This document shows, piece after piece, positions 21,774-33,355 of a stretch of 64,000 nucleotides of DNA (position 1 is its first letter; each line of letters opens with the position of its first letter). The notes beneath the pieces were generated by a model, which made no database searches, was not told where the DNA came from, and saw only the letters and a list, made by a program, of their open reading frames with translations. Both the position numbers and the translations under genes were made by a program. Source of the DNA: an uncultured Verrucomicrobiae bacterium (GTDB lineage Bacteria > Verrucomicrobiota > Verrucomicrobiia > Limisphaerales > Palsa-1400); contig CAVXRD010000001.1 in the NCBI GenBank assembly GCA_963764165.1, positions 352,001 to 416,000 of the forward strand. Reading direction: 5' to 3'.

Positions 21774-22687
21774 TCTCGCCGGGGCGTTTGTCCTCCCGCT
21801 GCGCTGCCCTTCTTCTCGCGCTGAGGTTGATGTCGAGTTTCACAGCTTCTGCGACTGACGCAATTCTCACTGTCGGCAAATCCAAAATTCATATTGACGC
21901 CGCCGCGGGCCGTTCAGTCACAGATTCCGACCTTTTGGATTGGGTCCAGCGCGCCACCTCTGCGGTGACAAATTATCTCGGGCGTTTTCCTGTCCGCGAC
22001 CTGTCTTTGGAAATCGCGCGCGGCGGGCGTGGCGCCGTCAACGACGGTGTCACCCATGGCGGAACGCGCATCACGATTCGCCTCGGACGCCGCGCGAAGG
22101 CTGGCGATCTGCGCAACGATTGGATGCTGACGCACGAGATGTTCCACCTCGCGTTCCCAACCCTTGACGACCGTTACAAATGGGCGATGGAAGGCCTCTC
22201 CGATTATCTCGAACCGATTTCCCGCGCCCGCGCAGGCCAACTCACGCCGGAGGAAGTATGGCGCGGGTTTGTCGAGGGACTTCCGCAAGGACTGCCCGGG
22301 CCCAACGACAAGGGCCTGGACGGATCAGAGAATTGGGGCCGCATTTATTGGGGCGGCAATTTGTTCTGGCTTTTGGCGGACATTCGCATTCGCGAAAAGA
22401 CCGGGGGCCGCCGCACCCTTGAGGATGCCATTCGCGCGATCCTCGACGCGGGCGGAAACGGAGACGCGAATTGGTCCATCGAGCGCGTCATAAAAGTCGG
22501 CGACCATGCCACCAAAACAAGCGTCCTCGAGGAATTGCATGAGGAATTTGGCCTGAAGCCCGGCGCAGTGGATTTGGACACGCTTTGGAAAAAGCTCGGC
22601 GTCAAATATAATGCGGGCGCCGTCACTTTCGACGACACCGCGCCGGACGCCGACATTCGCAGGGCGCTGACACGCTCTCCGAGGTAG
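21770..22687 (+). CDS. Secreted gluzincin metallopeptidase (M1/M61-like)
   Basis: HEMFH followed by W.MEGLSDY; IYWGG; start overlaps the peptide stop (GTGA). Confidence 0.75.
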   Translation: MISPGRLSSRCAALLLALRLMSSFTASATDAILTVGKSKIHIDAAAGRSVTDSDLLDWVQRATSAVTNYLGRFPVRDLSLEIARGGRGAVNDGVTHGGTRITIRLGRRAKAGDLRNDWMLTHEMFHLAFPTLDDRYKWAMEGLSDYLEPISRARAGQLTPEEVWRGFVEGLPQGLPGPNDKGLDGSENWGRIYWGGNLFWLLADIRIREKTGGRRTLEDAIRAILDAGGNGDANWSIERVIKVGDHATKTSVLEELHEEFGLKPGAVDLDTLWKKLGVKYNAGAVTFDDTAPDADIRRALTRSPR

Positions 22688-22710
22688 GGCCTCGGCGAGG
22701 CGTCCCTACC
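22683..22710. repeat. GTAG-type REP (fused or truncated doublet) overlapping the peptidase stop codon
   Basis: ggtagggcctcggcgaggcgtccctacc. Confidence 0.8.
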
Positions 22711-22778
22711 TCGCTTCGCGACTTGCATGTTTTCGGATTTACCAGCTTGAGAGGCGGCTCGCCGTGCGCTAGCGTCCC

Positions 22779-23753
<975 letters not shown>

Positions 23754-23945
23754 GCAATTCGCCCCCCCGACAAAACCTATTCTGGACAATTCAGTTGCGC
23801 CTTCATCGGTCCGTGGCCGTGTAAGACTCAACTTTGGGAACGCTCTCAATTCAACCGTGTTATCGATTCAGAACCAATGATAACATCGGCTTGAATTTGA
23901 AAGAGTTAACCGAAATGCCGAAAGAATTTTGCCAAAGGTCCGGCA

Positions 23946-24407
23946 CTACTTCGCAGCCGGCCGCGCCGGGTCAGCCGCAGGTTTCCGCTTGTAAGTGGCA
24001 AGAAAATGGTTCGAACCAACGGGACTTTGAAACTCAGTCGGGCGAGGGCCGGGCCCAAGGTTGTAACAAACGCGGAGCGTGTCGCCCTTCAATTCATAGA
24101 TCGCGAGAATCTTTTTTCCAGCATTCGGGCCTTCCACACCGCTAATATCGAGCGTCTTCGGCTTCGCATCCGGATTGATAGCATAGGTGCCTTTGTCGAC
24201 AACCTCGGCGGTCACTTCATATTTTCCGTCGTCAATCTTCAGCGTGATGAGTTTCAAGGTGTCGGGGCTCATTCCCACGCCGCCAAGTTCAGCTTTGGTG
24301 GGTATCCAAGTGCCCTGAATCACCTTTGAGTCTCCGGGCCGGGGGCCGGCAGTGGCAGTCATCAGGGTTGACAGCAACAATATCGAGAGAAACGCGCGAA
24401 TTTTCAT
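23946..24407 (-). CDS. TIGR03067-type PVC domain protein
   Basis: Signal peptide; QGTW...PKTLD...GIYEL-like (AIYELKGDTLRVCY)...RPTEF. Confidence 0.8.
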   Translation of the reverse strand: MKIRAFLSILLLSTLMTATAGPRPGDSKVIQGTWIPTKAELGGVGMSPDTLKLITLKIDDGKYEVTAEVVDKGTYAINPDAKPKTLDISGVEGPNAGKKILAIYELKGDTLRVCYNLGPGPRPTEFQSPVGSNHFLATYKRKPAADPARPAAK

Positions 24408-24592
24408 AGTTGGGTTTTGTGAAATCTTGGCTGCACGGACCTTCGAACGCGCAAAAGGTAGCCAATTTCCCGCCTGCCGGTCAAGAATGATCAGGCTGTC
24501 CGCGCAGCCCGGCTCAGAGGCAAATGCCGGCGTGGCGCCCCTGCCCTTAAATTCCTCTTTGAAGTTCGGGCAATGCGATTTAAATTCGTGGC

Positions 24593-25303
24593 ATGTTACG
24601 TCTGCGGGCCATTTCGCGCGCCGGCGGCCTTCTCGCGCTGGCCGCCTGCCTGAATGGCTGCATTCCGGGCGACCCGCGTGTGGATGAAGAAAAAGATCCA
24701 CACTTTCAACGCGGCATCACGCTGGTCAACGGGCTTGATTACAAGGGGGCGGCGGATGAATTTGAAAAAGCGCTCGAGGAGAATCCGCGTTCCGCTGCGG
24801 CGCACTTCGAACTCGGCTGCCTGTGCGACTCGATGAGCAACAGCGCGGCGGCCATTTATCACTATGAGCGCCACCTGGAATTGATGCCCAATTCCCCGCA
24901 CGCGGCAATGATTCAGCAGCGCATTCACGGCTGCAAACAGGATTTGGCGAAGTCAGAATTCCTTCCGCCCAACACGCAAAATCTCCAGCGCAAAGTCGAT
25001 GAATTGCTGGTGGAGAACCAATCACTAAGGGAGAAATTGGCGGCGGCCCAGCGGCAGCCTGGGATGGCCCAAGCCGCCGTCGAGCCTTCGCGGCCGGCGG
25101 TCGAGCCGGTGCGTTTGACACAAGCCGTCCAAAACGCCCAGGCTCTTCCCGCGGCTCGCCCAAAGACGCACGTCGTCCGCGAGCGCGAAACGATCAGCTC
25201 AATTGCGGCGCAATACGGCATCAAGGCCAGCGCAATTCTCGCGGCAAATCCGCGCATCGACCCTCGGCGATTGCATGTGGGCCAAAGCCTGCAATTGCCA
25301 TAA
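24593..25303 (+). CDS. TPR + LysM lipoprotein
   Basis: Lipobox LNGC; TPR-like helices (FEKALEENPRSAAAHFELG); C-terminal LysM (HVVRERETISSIAAQYG...VGQSLQLP). Confidence 0.85.
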   Translation: MLRLRAISRAGGLLALAACLNGCIPGDPRVDEEKDPHFQRGITLVNGLDYKGAADEFEKALEENPRSAAAHFELGCLCDSMSNSAAAIYHYERHLELMPNSPHAAMIQQRIHGCKQDLAKSEFLPPNTQNLQRKVDELLVENQSLREKLAAAQRQPGMAQAAVEPSRPAVEPVRLTQAVQNAQALPAARPKTHVVRERETISSIAAQYGIKASAILAANPRIDPRRLHVGQSLQLP

Positions 25304-25307
25304 AAGC

Positions 25308-26123
25308 ATGCGATCACGGATTTTTTTCCTGGCCATCGTCTCCTTTTGGCTGGTGATGAATTACCTGCTTTACCGCTCCCAATGGGGCGCGCACAGCCGC
25401 CTTGGCAGCGAGATTCCGCCGGCCGTTGTCTGGGAAAAAATTCTCACCGCGCCGGACACGTCCTCGCTCAATATTTACGATCACAACAAGCGCATCGGCA
25501 TCTGCCACTGGATCGCAAACGTCGGAAATTCCCCCGTGGCCTCGAACAAACTTATTGACAACGAGTACACCCCAGATGGCGAGGATGAACAAGTCACGGG
25601 TTATTCGCTGATCTTTGAGGGCAACGCGGCGCTGGCCAACAGCAACCGGCTTGGCTTCGAGATAAATCTCGATCTGGCAACCAATCGCGATTGGAAGGAT
25701 TTTCATTTGCGAGTGAGCATTCGCCCGGATATTTGGGACATCCAGGCGGTGGCCGCCACGGAGAAAGTCATTCTGCGGATCGACGACAACCACACGCATT
25801 ACACGAAAAACCTGAGCTTTTCGGACCTGCGCAATCCTGAAGCGTTGTTGGCCGACCTCGGCGGACCGTCCGCATGGGCGGTGCCGGCTGGGGCCGGAAT
25901 CGCCCCGTCAAAGGAATCGGTTTCCAAAATGGTGGTCTCCGTGCAGTGGCAGGCGCACGAGGACTGGATTAATTTCGGCCACACCCGAGCGCGGGCCTAC
26001 CGCATCGAAACCGCCTTGCTCGGAAATCATATTCGGATTTTCACCAGCCGGGTCGGGGAAATTCTGTGGGTGGAATTGCCGAATGGCATCACGCTCCGCA
26101 ACGAGGCGTTTGAACATATTTAA
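25308..26123 (+). CDS. Hypothetical membrane-anchored protein
   Basis: Single N-terminal TM; coupled to the downstream ABC ATPase. Confidence 0.7.
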   Translation: MRSRIFFLAIVSFWLVMNYLLYRSQWGAHSRLGSEIPPAVVWEKILTAPDTSSLNIYDHNKRIGICHWIANVGNSPVASNKLIDNEYTPDGEDEQVTGYSLIFEGNAALANSNRLGFEINLDLATNRDWKDFHLRVSIRPDIWDIQAVAATEKVILRIDDNHTHYTKNLSFSDLRNPEALLADLGGPSAWAVPAGAGIAPSKESVSKMVVSVQWQAHEDWINFGHTRARAYRIETALLGNHIRIFTSRVGEILWVELPNGITLRNEAFEHI

Positions 26124-26866
26124 TGATCGAGCTCAAAAATCTCACCAAGAAATTTGGCGACCTGGTGGCGGTCGATGATCTAAGCCTGAAGGTGGAGCGA
26201 GGGGAATTCTTCGCGGTGCTGGGGCCGAACGCCGCCGGGAAAACGACGTTGATCCGTGTGCTCGCGGGTTTGCTGAAACCGACGGCCGGCACCGCGCGCG
26301 TGGCGGGATACGACGTGCAGGCCGATCCATTGGAAGCGCGGCGGCGGCTCGCTTACGTGCCGGATTTTCCGTTTCTTTACGACAAGCTGACGCCTTGGGA
26401 GTTTCTGCGCTTCACAGGACACGTTTTTCAAATGAGCGAGCACCATATCCAGGAGGCCAGCCGCGCGCTCATTCCGCGTTTTCATCTGGAGCCGTTCATC
26501 GGCCGCCCGATTGAAGGGCTTTCGCACGGAACGCGCCAGCGGGTGGCCATCGTATCAGCGCTGCTGCATGATCCGGAAGTTCTTGTTATTGACGAGCCGA
26601 TGGTCGGCCTGGATCCTCAGCACGCCCGCGTGGTGAAGGATGTTTTGAAGGAGCGCACGCTCAAGGGCGCGACGATTTTTCTTTCCACCCACCAGCTGAG
26701 CGTGGCGGAGGAAATGGCCGATCGCATCGGGATCATGTATCGAGGCAAAATGGTGGCCGTCGGCACGCGCGACGAATTGCGCCAGCGCGGAGGCCCCAAT
26801 GGCGGGCTGGAAGACGTTTTTCTTGCCCTTACCGCCGGCGGTTACGGACCGGCTGCGCCTGCTTGA
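26123..26866 (+). CDS. ABC transporter ATP-binding protein
   Basis: GPNAAGKTT, LSHGTRQR, IDEPMVGLDP. Confidence 0.9.
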   Translation: MIELKNLTKKFGDLVAVDDLSLKVERGEFFAVLGPNAAGKTTLIRVLAGLLKPTAGTARVAGYDVQADPLEARRRLAYVPDFPFLYDKLTPWEFLRFTGHVFQMSEHHIQEASRALIPRFHLEPFIGRPIEGLSHGTRQRVAIVSALLHDPEVLVIDEPMVGLDPQHARVVKDVLKERTLKGATIFLSTHQLSVAEEMADRIGIMYRGKMVAVGTRDELRQRGGPNGGLEDVFLALTAGGYGPAAPA

Positions 26867-27129
26867 TCCGGACCATGCCATAACCAGAAAGAATTTTGAC
26901 AGGATAACAGGATTTACAGGATGGATAACAAGATTGCCCTCCGAAGAGAAGCATCCGCATGCTTGCGGCCACGCCCTGCCGATGTTGTTAAAAAGGCTAG
27001 CGTGACCGTCTCGGTCGCCTCCGGTGGGCGTCCCGCCGACTGGCTCCGGCGGATAATGTGGTTCCACCTGCCTGGTGATTTAAATGCGGAAGCTCCCCAT
27101 TGCAACCGAATGGTCACGGCAGCATGCCT

Positions 27130-28164
27130 ATGACGCCGCCTGAAATATTCGCGTCAATTCTTCGCGACCCGAAACCGTTTCTCGCCCTGGCTCCCATGCA
27201 GGACGTGACGGATTTGGCCTTTTGGCGCGTCATCGCGCCGTACGGCGGCGCGGATGTTTATTGGACGGAGTATTTTCGGGTGCATGGCGACTCGCGTCCC
27301 GAGCGTTGGATACTTGACTCAATTATGCACAATCCAACCGGGCGGCCCATTGTGGCGCAGTTGATCGGGAACGACATTCCGGCGCTCACCCGCACCGCTC
27401 GTGAATTGCAGCGCCACCCCATCGCGGCGATTGATTTGAACCTCGGATGCCCCGCGCCGGTCGTCTACCGCAAGTGCGCCGGGGGCGGACTGCTGCGAGA
27501 ATTGCGAAAGACAGATGGAATCCTGGCGGCTTTGCGGGAGGCGGTCACGATCCCCTTTACTGTCAAGACTCGGATTGGATTTGAATCGCCCGGCGAATTC
27601 GATGCGCTGCTCGAATTATTTTCGCGCCACGCGATTGACCTGCTGACGGTTCATGGTCGGACTGTCAAACAAATGTACAGGCCCGGCGTGCGTTATGACC
27701 TGATTGCGCAGGCGGCGCGCGCGCTCAAATGCCCCGTGCTGGCCAACGGCAATGTTCATTCCGCAAGCCACGCGCTTTCAGTGCTCTCGGAAACCGGGGC
27801 GCGGGGATTGATGATTGGCCGCGGCGCCATTCGGAATCCGTGGCTCTTCCGGCAAATTCGCGAGCTGCAAGCAGGGCAGTCCGTTACGCTTCCGTCGGGC
27901 CGCGAGGTGCTCGCCTACATCCGCCAGCTTTGGGATTCACAGGTCACGCCCGACGCCAAAGAGCTTGCCCAAGTGCAGCGTTTGAAAAAATTCATGAACT
28001 TCATCGGCGAAGGCGTCGTTCCGGCGGAACCATTTCTGCACGACGTCCGGCGAGTCACGACGCGGGCGGATTTTTTCCGATTATGCGAAGATTACTTTGA
28101 TCACGACAGCCCGATGACACTGGAACCAACAGAAGCTGTATTCCCGGAAGAGGTCAGTAATTGA
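27130..28164 (+). CDS. tRNA-dihydrouridine synthase family protein
   Basis: [44 protein letters not shown]. Confidence 0.9.
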   Translation: MTPPEIFASILRDPKPFLALAPMQDVTDLAFWRVIAPYGGADVYWTEYFRVHGDSRPERWILDSIMHNPTGRPIVAQLIGNDIPALTRTARELQRHPIAAIDLNLGCPAPVVYRKCAGGGLLRELRKTDGILAALREAVTIPFTVKTRIGFESPGEFDALLELFSRHAIDLLTVHGRTVKQMYRPGVRYDLIAQAARALKCPVLANGNVHSASHALSVLSETGARGLMIGRGAIRNPWLFRQIRELQAGQSVTLPSGREVLAYIRQLWDSQVTPDAKELAQVQRLKKFMNFIGEGVVPAEPFLHDVRRVTTRADFFRLCEDYFDHDSPMTLEPTEAVFPEEVSN

Positions 28165-28864
28165 TGCTGGGCAGCGTCTGGCTGAACGTCATGTCAGCCG
28201 GGGTAAAATGCTTGTAATTTTTGACGTGCCAATCCGCAAAGAGCACATTCACCCGATTGTTGTGCGTCGGCGAACTGAGGCTAAACAGCAGATTAGTATC
28301 GTTGTCGTTAATATCCGCGTTGTTGGTGGGTGTGGGATAATTGACATCGCCGGATAGCACGTAGGCCGATGGGTACATGATGCTGCGGAGAATTACGCTC
28401 GATGGATTCCAGCCGGCACTCGCATTCGGATCGTCGGCGAAGGCAATGGACCCCATGAAATAATTGTAGCCAGAATGATTGTAAAACCCGGAAAAAGCGG
28501 GGCAGCGAAGAACATTGGTGTTGTTTCCGTAATAGGGCATCAGCGCCTTCGTCCAAGGCATGTTGGGGTCGTTCCAGCCGCCTTCGGCTGGACTGGATAT
28601 GCTGGCAAAGGAGGTCGGCAGCCGGTCATTCGCATCGTCCCCGTACATTTGCATAGACAAGCCAATCTGGCGAAGGTTGTTGACGCAGAAAATGGCCACG
28701 CCCTTTTCTTTGGCCCGGCTCAAGGCAGGAAGCAGCATGCTGGCAAGAATGGAAATGATGGCGATGACGACCAGCATTTCAATCAGTGTAAAAGCTCTCG
28801 CGGATCGTTTCAAAGTTACCTCGTTGTCTGATTCACTATAGGTCACCGAGCCAGCATTCGCCAT
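28154..28864 (-). CDS. Prepilin-type N-terminal / H-X9-DG-like domain protein
   Basis: [29 protein letters not shown]...[20 protein letters not shown]. Confidence 0.88.
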   Translation of the reverse strand: MANAGSVTYSESDNEVTLKRSARAFTLIEMLVVIAIISILASMLLPALSRAKEKGVAIFCVNNLRQIGLSMQMYGDDANDRLPTSFASISSPAEGGWNDPNMPWTKALMPYYGNNTNVLRCPAFSGFYNHSGYNYFMGSIAFADDPNASAGWNPSSVILRSIMYPSAYVLSGDVNYPTPTNNADINDNDTNLLFSLSSPTHNNRVNVLFADWHVKNYKHFTPADMTFSQTLPSINY

Positions 28865-28883
28865 AAGAATCCGGCCGCCGTCA

Positions 28884-29171
28884 TCACTTTTGCTTCGCCG
28901 CCTTGGCCTGCACCATTTCCAGCGTGTCCTGCAAAACAATCTGCTGATCCTTGTCCAGTTTCGCGGTGTAAGCGACCTTCTTCAACGGTTTCAAGGCGGC
29001 GACGTAATTGCTTTGGTCGATCATTTGGCACGCCTGCTCCATGTACTCCTTCGCGGCGGTCGATTGGAAGGTCGCCCGGATTTTGGCCGTATCGAGCGTT
29101 TTATGGGAACAGCCCACCGACGCCAGAGCGACAAATCCGGCCATGGTGAAAATGAAGATCAAACGTTTCAT
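28884..29171 (-). CDS. Hypothetical lipoprotein
   Basis: SD AGGAGG before the ATG; lipobox SVGC. Confidence 0.7.
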   Translation of the reverse strand: MKRLIFIFTMAGFVALASVGCSHKTLDTAKIRATFQSTAAKEYMEQACQMIDQSNYVAALKPLKKVAYTAKLDKDQQIVLQDTLEMVQAKAAKQK

Positions 29172-29313
29172 CCTCCTTTCAACATAACACTGCCGCCCTA
29201 ATTTGTCTGTCTTTTTCAATGACACCGGAAAGCGGGCAATTTTACGAAATTTTAACTCCCTTTTTCCGCAAGGTTGACTTAGAACCTACGCGCGGTGGAG
29301 GAACTTTCATCGC

Positions 29314-30646
29314 ATGATGAAAGCCATCTTTGCCATCGCCTGTTCCAGCATCGCGCTAAACGCGATTGCACAGGAGACTGTAAAACCGACCGAGCCGGTC
29401 GAAGGGCCGACGACGGATCAATGGTGGAATTTTCACGCGGCCACCACAGAGGTAGGGCAGCTTCATCCCTCGTTTCCCGCTCAATACTCGGGGCCTAACA
29501 GCTTGAACAACAACTTTGAATCCGCTGAAACCGTCTCGGTGGACTTATATGCGGGGCTGCGGCTTTGGCGCGGGGCGGAATTTCACATGGACGCGCTGGC
29601 GTGGCAGGGCTTCGGCTTGAGCAAAACCTTCGGCATCGAGGCATTTCCCAGCGCCCAGGCTTACAAGCTGGGGGCGCCCGTTGGAAATTTCGCCATCACC
29701 CGCGCGTTCATCCGGCAGACGTTTAACTTCGAGGGGGAAATGCAGCCGGTCGCGAACGACCTTCTTCATTTGCAGGGCAAACAAAGCGATTCGCGCGTCG
29801 TCGTGACGGTCGGAGAAATCAGCCTGCTCGATATTTTTGACAACAACGCCTACGCCTCTGATCCCACCAAGCAATTTATGAGCTGGGCGCTGGTTGGGAA
29901 CGAAGCGTGGGATTATCCGGCCAACAGTCTTGGCTTTACCACGGGCCTGGCGGGCGAACTTTATTTGAAGGATTGGGCCGTCCGCTACGGATTCTTCCAG
30001 ATGCCGAAGCAGGCGAACGGCCTCGCGATGGACATGGCTTACACAAAGGCGTGGGGCATGGTGACGGAACTCGAGCGCCGATTCCGCCTCTACGATCACC
30101 CAGGCGCAATCCGGCTGCTGGCCTATCTGAACAGCGCGCACATGGGCAGTTACGAGGAGGCAGTCGACTCTGGCATCCGACCCGCGAATATAGATTTGAC
30201 ACAAACTTACCGCGTCAAATACGGCTTTTGCCTCAATTTCGAACAGGAGATTTGCAAGGACATTGGCTTCTTCACGCGCCTCGGCTGGAGCGATGGCCAC
30301 TCGCAAGCCTGGGTCTACAGCGACGTAGACCAGCAGGCTTCGATGGGCGTGAGCCTCAACGGCGATTTATGGAAACGCCCGAATGACACCTACGGTTTGG
30401 CCGGCGTGATCAGCGGCGCCTCGAAAATCCACCAGGAATTTCTCGAGGACGGCGGGCTTGGAATTTTGGCTGGCGATGGCGCGTTGAATTACGGTTTGGA
30501 ACAGGAATTGGAGACTTACTACAATTTCCAGGTCTACAAAAATCTCCACTTGACCGCCGATTACCAGTTCATCATCAATCCGGCCTTCAACCGCGACCGG
30601 GGACCGGTTTCGGGTACTGGGCGGGCGGGTGCATTGGGAATTTTAG
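29314..30646 (+). CDS. OprB-family carbohydrate porin; +1 frameshift at ~30612-30614 near the C-terminus
   Basis: AWDYPANSLG, LTADYQFIINPAFNRDRGPV; removing one G gives ...SVLGGRVHWEF* with a terminal Phe beta-signal. Confidence 0.85.
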
Positions 30647-30829
30647 AAATCACTGCTACTCCAAGATTGAGTCCAAGTCCCGTGCGCCATGGGCGATGGC
30701 GATGATTCGACCGTCTCAAATGCTGCTTCGACAAATCTCCGGGCCGCTTCGGCGTTGCTGCGCGGCGATGTGATCGGCAATCGCATCAATGTTGTCGGCG
30801 GCGGCTTCCGAAAAGACGAAATTACCCAT
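30643..30829 (-). pseudogene. Truncated, frameshifted ParE/RelE-like toxin remnant
   Basis: MGNFVFSEAAADNIDAIADHIAA / NAEAARRFVEAAFETV; start overlaps the antitoxin stop. Confidence 0.6.
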
Positions 30830-31093
30830 TTCCTCCGCGGGCCTTGTGTTTTCTGCGCAAGCGAGCAAACACGTCTCTGCCATCAATTCCTTCGCCTCGA
30901 TCTATTGATTCCATTGCAGCAACCAATTTCTCTTCCAGTTCCGCCTTTGAGCTAACCGTAAAACGCTTCAACAACTCCTCCTTCTCCAGCAACCGCAACC
31001 CATCGCGCCAGACCTCGCTGGCGGTCTGGCAATCGCCGCTTTGAACCCTGCCTCAACAAATTGCTCCCACTTTTCTCCGAGTGATACAATCAT
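30822..31093 (-). pseudogene. Frameshifted ParD-like (CC2985-type) antitoxin
   Basis: MIVSLGEKWEQFVE / VQSGDCQTASEVWRDGLRLLEKEE...AMESIDRGEGIDGRDVFARLR. Confidence 0.7.
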
Positions 31094-31169
31094 AGGCGTT
31101 TTGATTAAATCGTTAAGATCAAGATGCCGAATAACAAAAATGCGCAAGCAGTGTTATTGGCCGCGTTGA

Positions 31170-32102
31170 TCACAAGGTCGCGAATATCTTCTCCAAAAAC
31201 AATCGGTTCGCCTTCGCGCTGGCGGTGACTTCATCGAACGTTTTTCCTCCCGCGCATTCCACAAAACTCGGCCCGTTGAATCCGGCTTTTTTCAATACGC
31301 GGTACACACCGGCAAAATCCACTTTCCCCTTCCCGAACTCAATCATGACGTCCTCTTTCTTGCCGCCGCAATCCTTCGCGCAAAATCCTGTGACGTGTTC
31401 GGCAATCGGTTTCAATTCCTCGATGGGATCCTTGCCGGTGTAGTAAATAATATTTCCGGCGTCATACCAGATTTTGAAATTGGGCCGGCCTACCGCCTTG
31501 AGGCAGCGCATGATTTCCTCAGACGCGCCGCTGCCGCCGCCGTGCGGTTTCATCACCAGCTTGATTTTGCGGTCTTGCGCGTAATCGGCAGCCTCTTTCA
31601 TCGCGTAGTAATACTTCTGGTCATCCGCCGCCTTGTCGAAGCCGAAGGTAAGCATCCACTCGATCTTGAACATCGCCGCGTGATCGATCTGCTTCCGAAC
31701 CTGCGCCGCCGCCTCTTCTTTAGCGGCCTCAAAGTTGATGCGAATTGCGCCCATGGTGGCTTCGAGGCCTGAATCGGCGATGCGCTTCTTGAGGCCATCC
31801 AAATAATCCTGGCTCGAATCCGCCGCCAGAAACGACTCGCCGGGCATCGGTGTCAACAAACCGATGGTTGAATATCCAGCTTGTTTGGCTCCATCCAACG
31901 CGGCGTCAAATCCCCAATTCGCCGGCTGCGGCACAGAACGCGGCTGGGTGCCCGAACCGAATTTCTGCATCCATGGCCGATTGAAACATCCGATTGGCCA
32001 GGAAACGCCCCCGGCGGAAAGTTGAAGCGCGCCAGCCGCCAGGCTTGCGGCGGCAGTCGTTTTGACAAACGTGCGGCGGGACACAACGCGATCCGATTTC
32101 AT
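31170..32102 (-). CDS. Sugar-phosphate isomerase/epimerase (xylose-isomerase-like TIM barrel), Tat signal
   Basis: SRRTFVK twin-Arg; YDAGN, KD, FGKGKVDF, GFNGP.FVE. Confidence 0.82.
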   Translation of the reverse strand: MKSDRVVSRRTFVKTTAAASLAAGALQLSAGGVSWPIGCFNRPWMQKFGSGTQPRSVPQPANWGFDAALDGAKQAGYSTIGLLTPMPGESFLAADSSQDYLDGLKKRIADSGLEATMGAIRINFEAAKEEAAAQVRKQIDHAAMFKIEWMLTFGFDKAADDQKYYYAMKEAADYAQDRKIKLVMKPHGGGSGASEEIMRCLKAVGRPNFKIWYDAGNIIYYTGKDPIEELKPIAEHVTGFCAKDCGGKKEDVMIEFGKGKVDFAGVYRVLKKAGFNGPSFVECAGGKTFDEVTASAKANRLFLEKIFATL

Positions 32103-32180
32103 CCGCCCAAGCTGCCAAAACCAAAGCTGCGCTGCCACGAAAAAGCGCGATCAAAAGCGGGTGATTGAGGCAGGCCTTCA

Positions 32181-32362
32181 AGCGCGGCTGTGTCGAAGAC
32201 CAGCCGCAGCAATACTCAAACAACCGAAATAGAATCTTGTTATGGCGATCTCAGAAGAGCGTATCAAAATTTCGGAACTGCGACTGGCGAGCCGTGGAAC
32301 TTGTTCAAACGCGCCACTTGTTTCGAAGCGGCTGCGGCCGGTCTTCGTCACAGCCACGCTCC
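32181..32362. repeat. GGAG-type REP doublet
   Basis: agcgcggctgtgtcgaagaccagccgcagc ... gctgcggccggtcttcgtcacagccacgctcc. Confidence 0.82.
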
Positions 32363-32448
32363 GCTCAAAACAAAATTACTCGCGCCTCACCGACTTCTCA
32401 TCACACCCCAGCCAATGTGATGGTGAGACTTTTGGCGGCGGCTGGGGC

Positions 32449-33312
32449 ATGATGGTTTCGTTGAACGCGGAAAATTACCAACTCGTTCGTTTAAAAAATG
32501 GAACGCATAGCATTCGGTCGCTGGCGGAGCACGAGACGTTTCATCCCGTCGTCGGGCCGGTGGCGGAAGCAGAGGCGCTTTATGTCAAGCAACTCCGTTT
32601 GCGGGAGCGTTTGCAATCGCACCAGGGCGAATTCGTGGTTTGGGACGTCGGTCTCGGCGCAGCCGCCAATGCCGTGGCCGTGCTGCGCGCGACCTCGGAT
32701 TTGCCGTGCCCGCTGCGCATCATCAGCTTTGACCGCACGCTGGAACCGCTGGCCTTCGCGCTGCGGCACGCGGCGGAATTGGGCTATCTGTCCGGCTACG
32801 AGAATGTCTTGCGGGAATTGCTCGGCAACGGGGCCGCGCTCGGCGGCCGGTGGGAATTGCGCGTTGGAGATTTCCCGGAGCTTTTGCAAAAATCTCCCCC
32901 GCCCGCTCCGCCGCCGCACGCGATTTTATTTGACGCCTTTTCGCCGGCGAAAAATCCCGCCATGTGGACTGCGCCGCTGTTTTCAAATTTGCACCGCTGC
33001 CTCGATCCGCAAAGACCTTGCGCGATGCCGACTTATTCGCGCAGCACCTTGCTGCGTGTGACATTGTTGCTCGCGGGTTTTTTCGTTGGAGCCGGCCACG
33101 CGACGGGCGAGAAAGAGGAAACCACCATCGCCGCGAACACGCTGGATTTGCTTGATGAGCCCCTGTCACACGAATGGCTGGAACGCGCGCGCCGTTCGCG
33201 AAGCGCGGAGCCGCTGTGGGAGCCGGTGTATCGGCAGGCGCCACTGTCGAGCGAAAGCTGGGTGAAACTTTCAAAGCATCCGCAGTTTCAGCGAGAAAAA
33301 GGCTGTCAGTGA
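32449..33312 (+). CDS. MnmC-N-terminal-like (MnmD-type) SAM-dependent methyltransferase
   Basis: ETFHP..GP..EA..LY, WDVGLGAAAN, FDAFSPAKNPAMW, TYS. Confidence 0.8.
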   Translation: MMVSLNAENYQLVRLKNGTHSIRSLAEHETFHPVVGPVAEAEALYVKQLRLRERLQSHQGEFVVWDVGLGAAANAVAVLRATSDLPCPLRIISFDRTLEPLAFALRHAAELGYLSGYENVLRELLGNGAALGGRWELRVGDFPELLQKSPPPAPPPHAILFDAFSPAKNPAMWTAPLFSNLHRCLDPQRPCAMPTYSRSTLLRVTLLLAGFFVGAGHATGEKEETTIAANTLDLLDEPLSHEWLERARRSRSAEPLWEPVYRQAPLSSESWVKLSKHPQFQREKGCQ

Positions 33313-33355
33313 AAGACCCTATAGTGCCTGCCGCGGCCAGCCGGCAAGCTGTCGC

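Noticed and set aside
23826..23910. attC interpretation of the bulged hairpin
   Set aside because: The core is only about 48 bp and the right GTTRRRY box is interrupted
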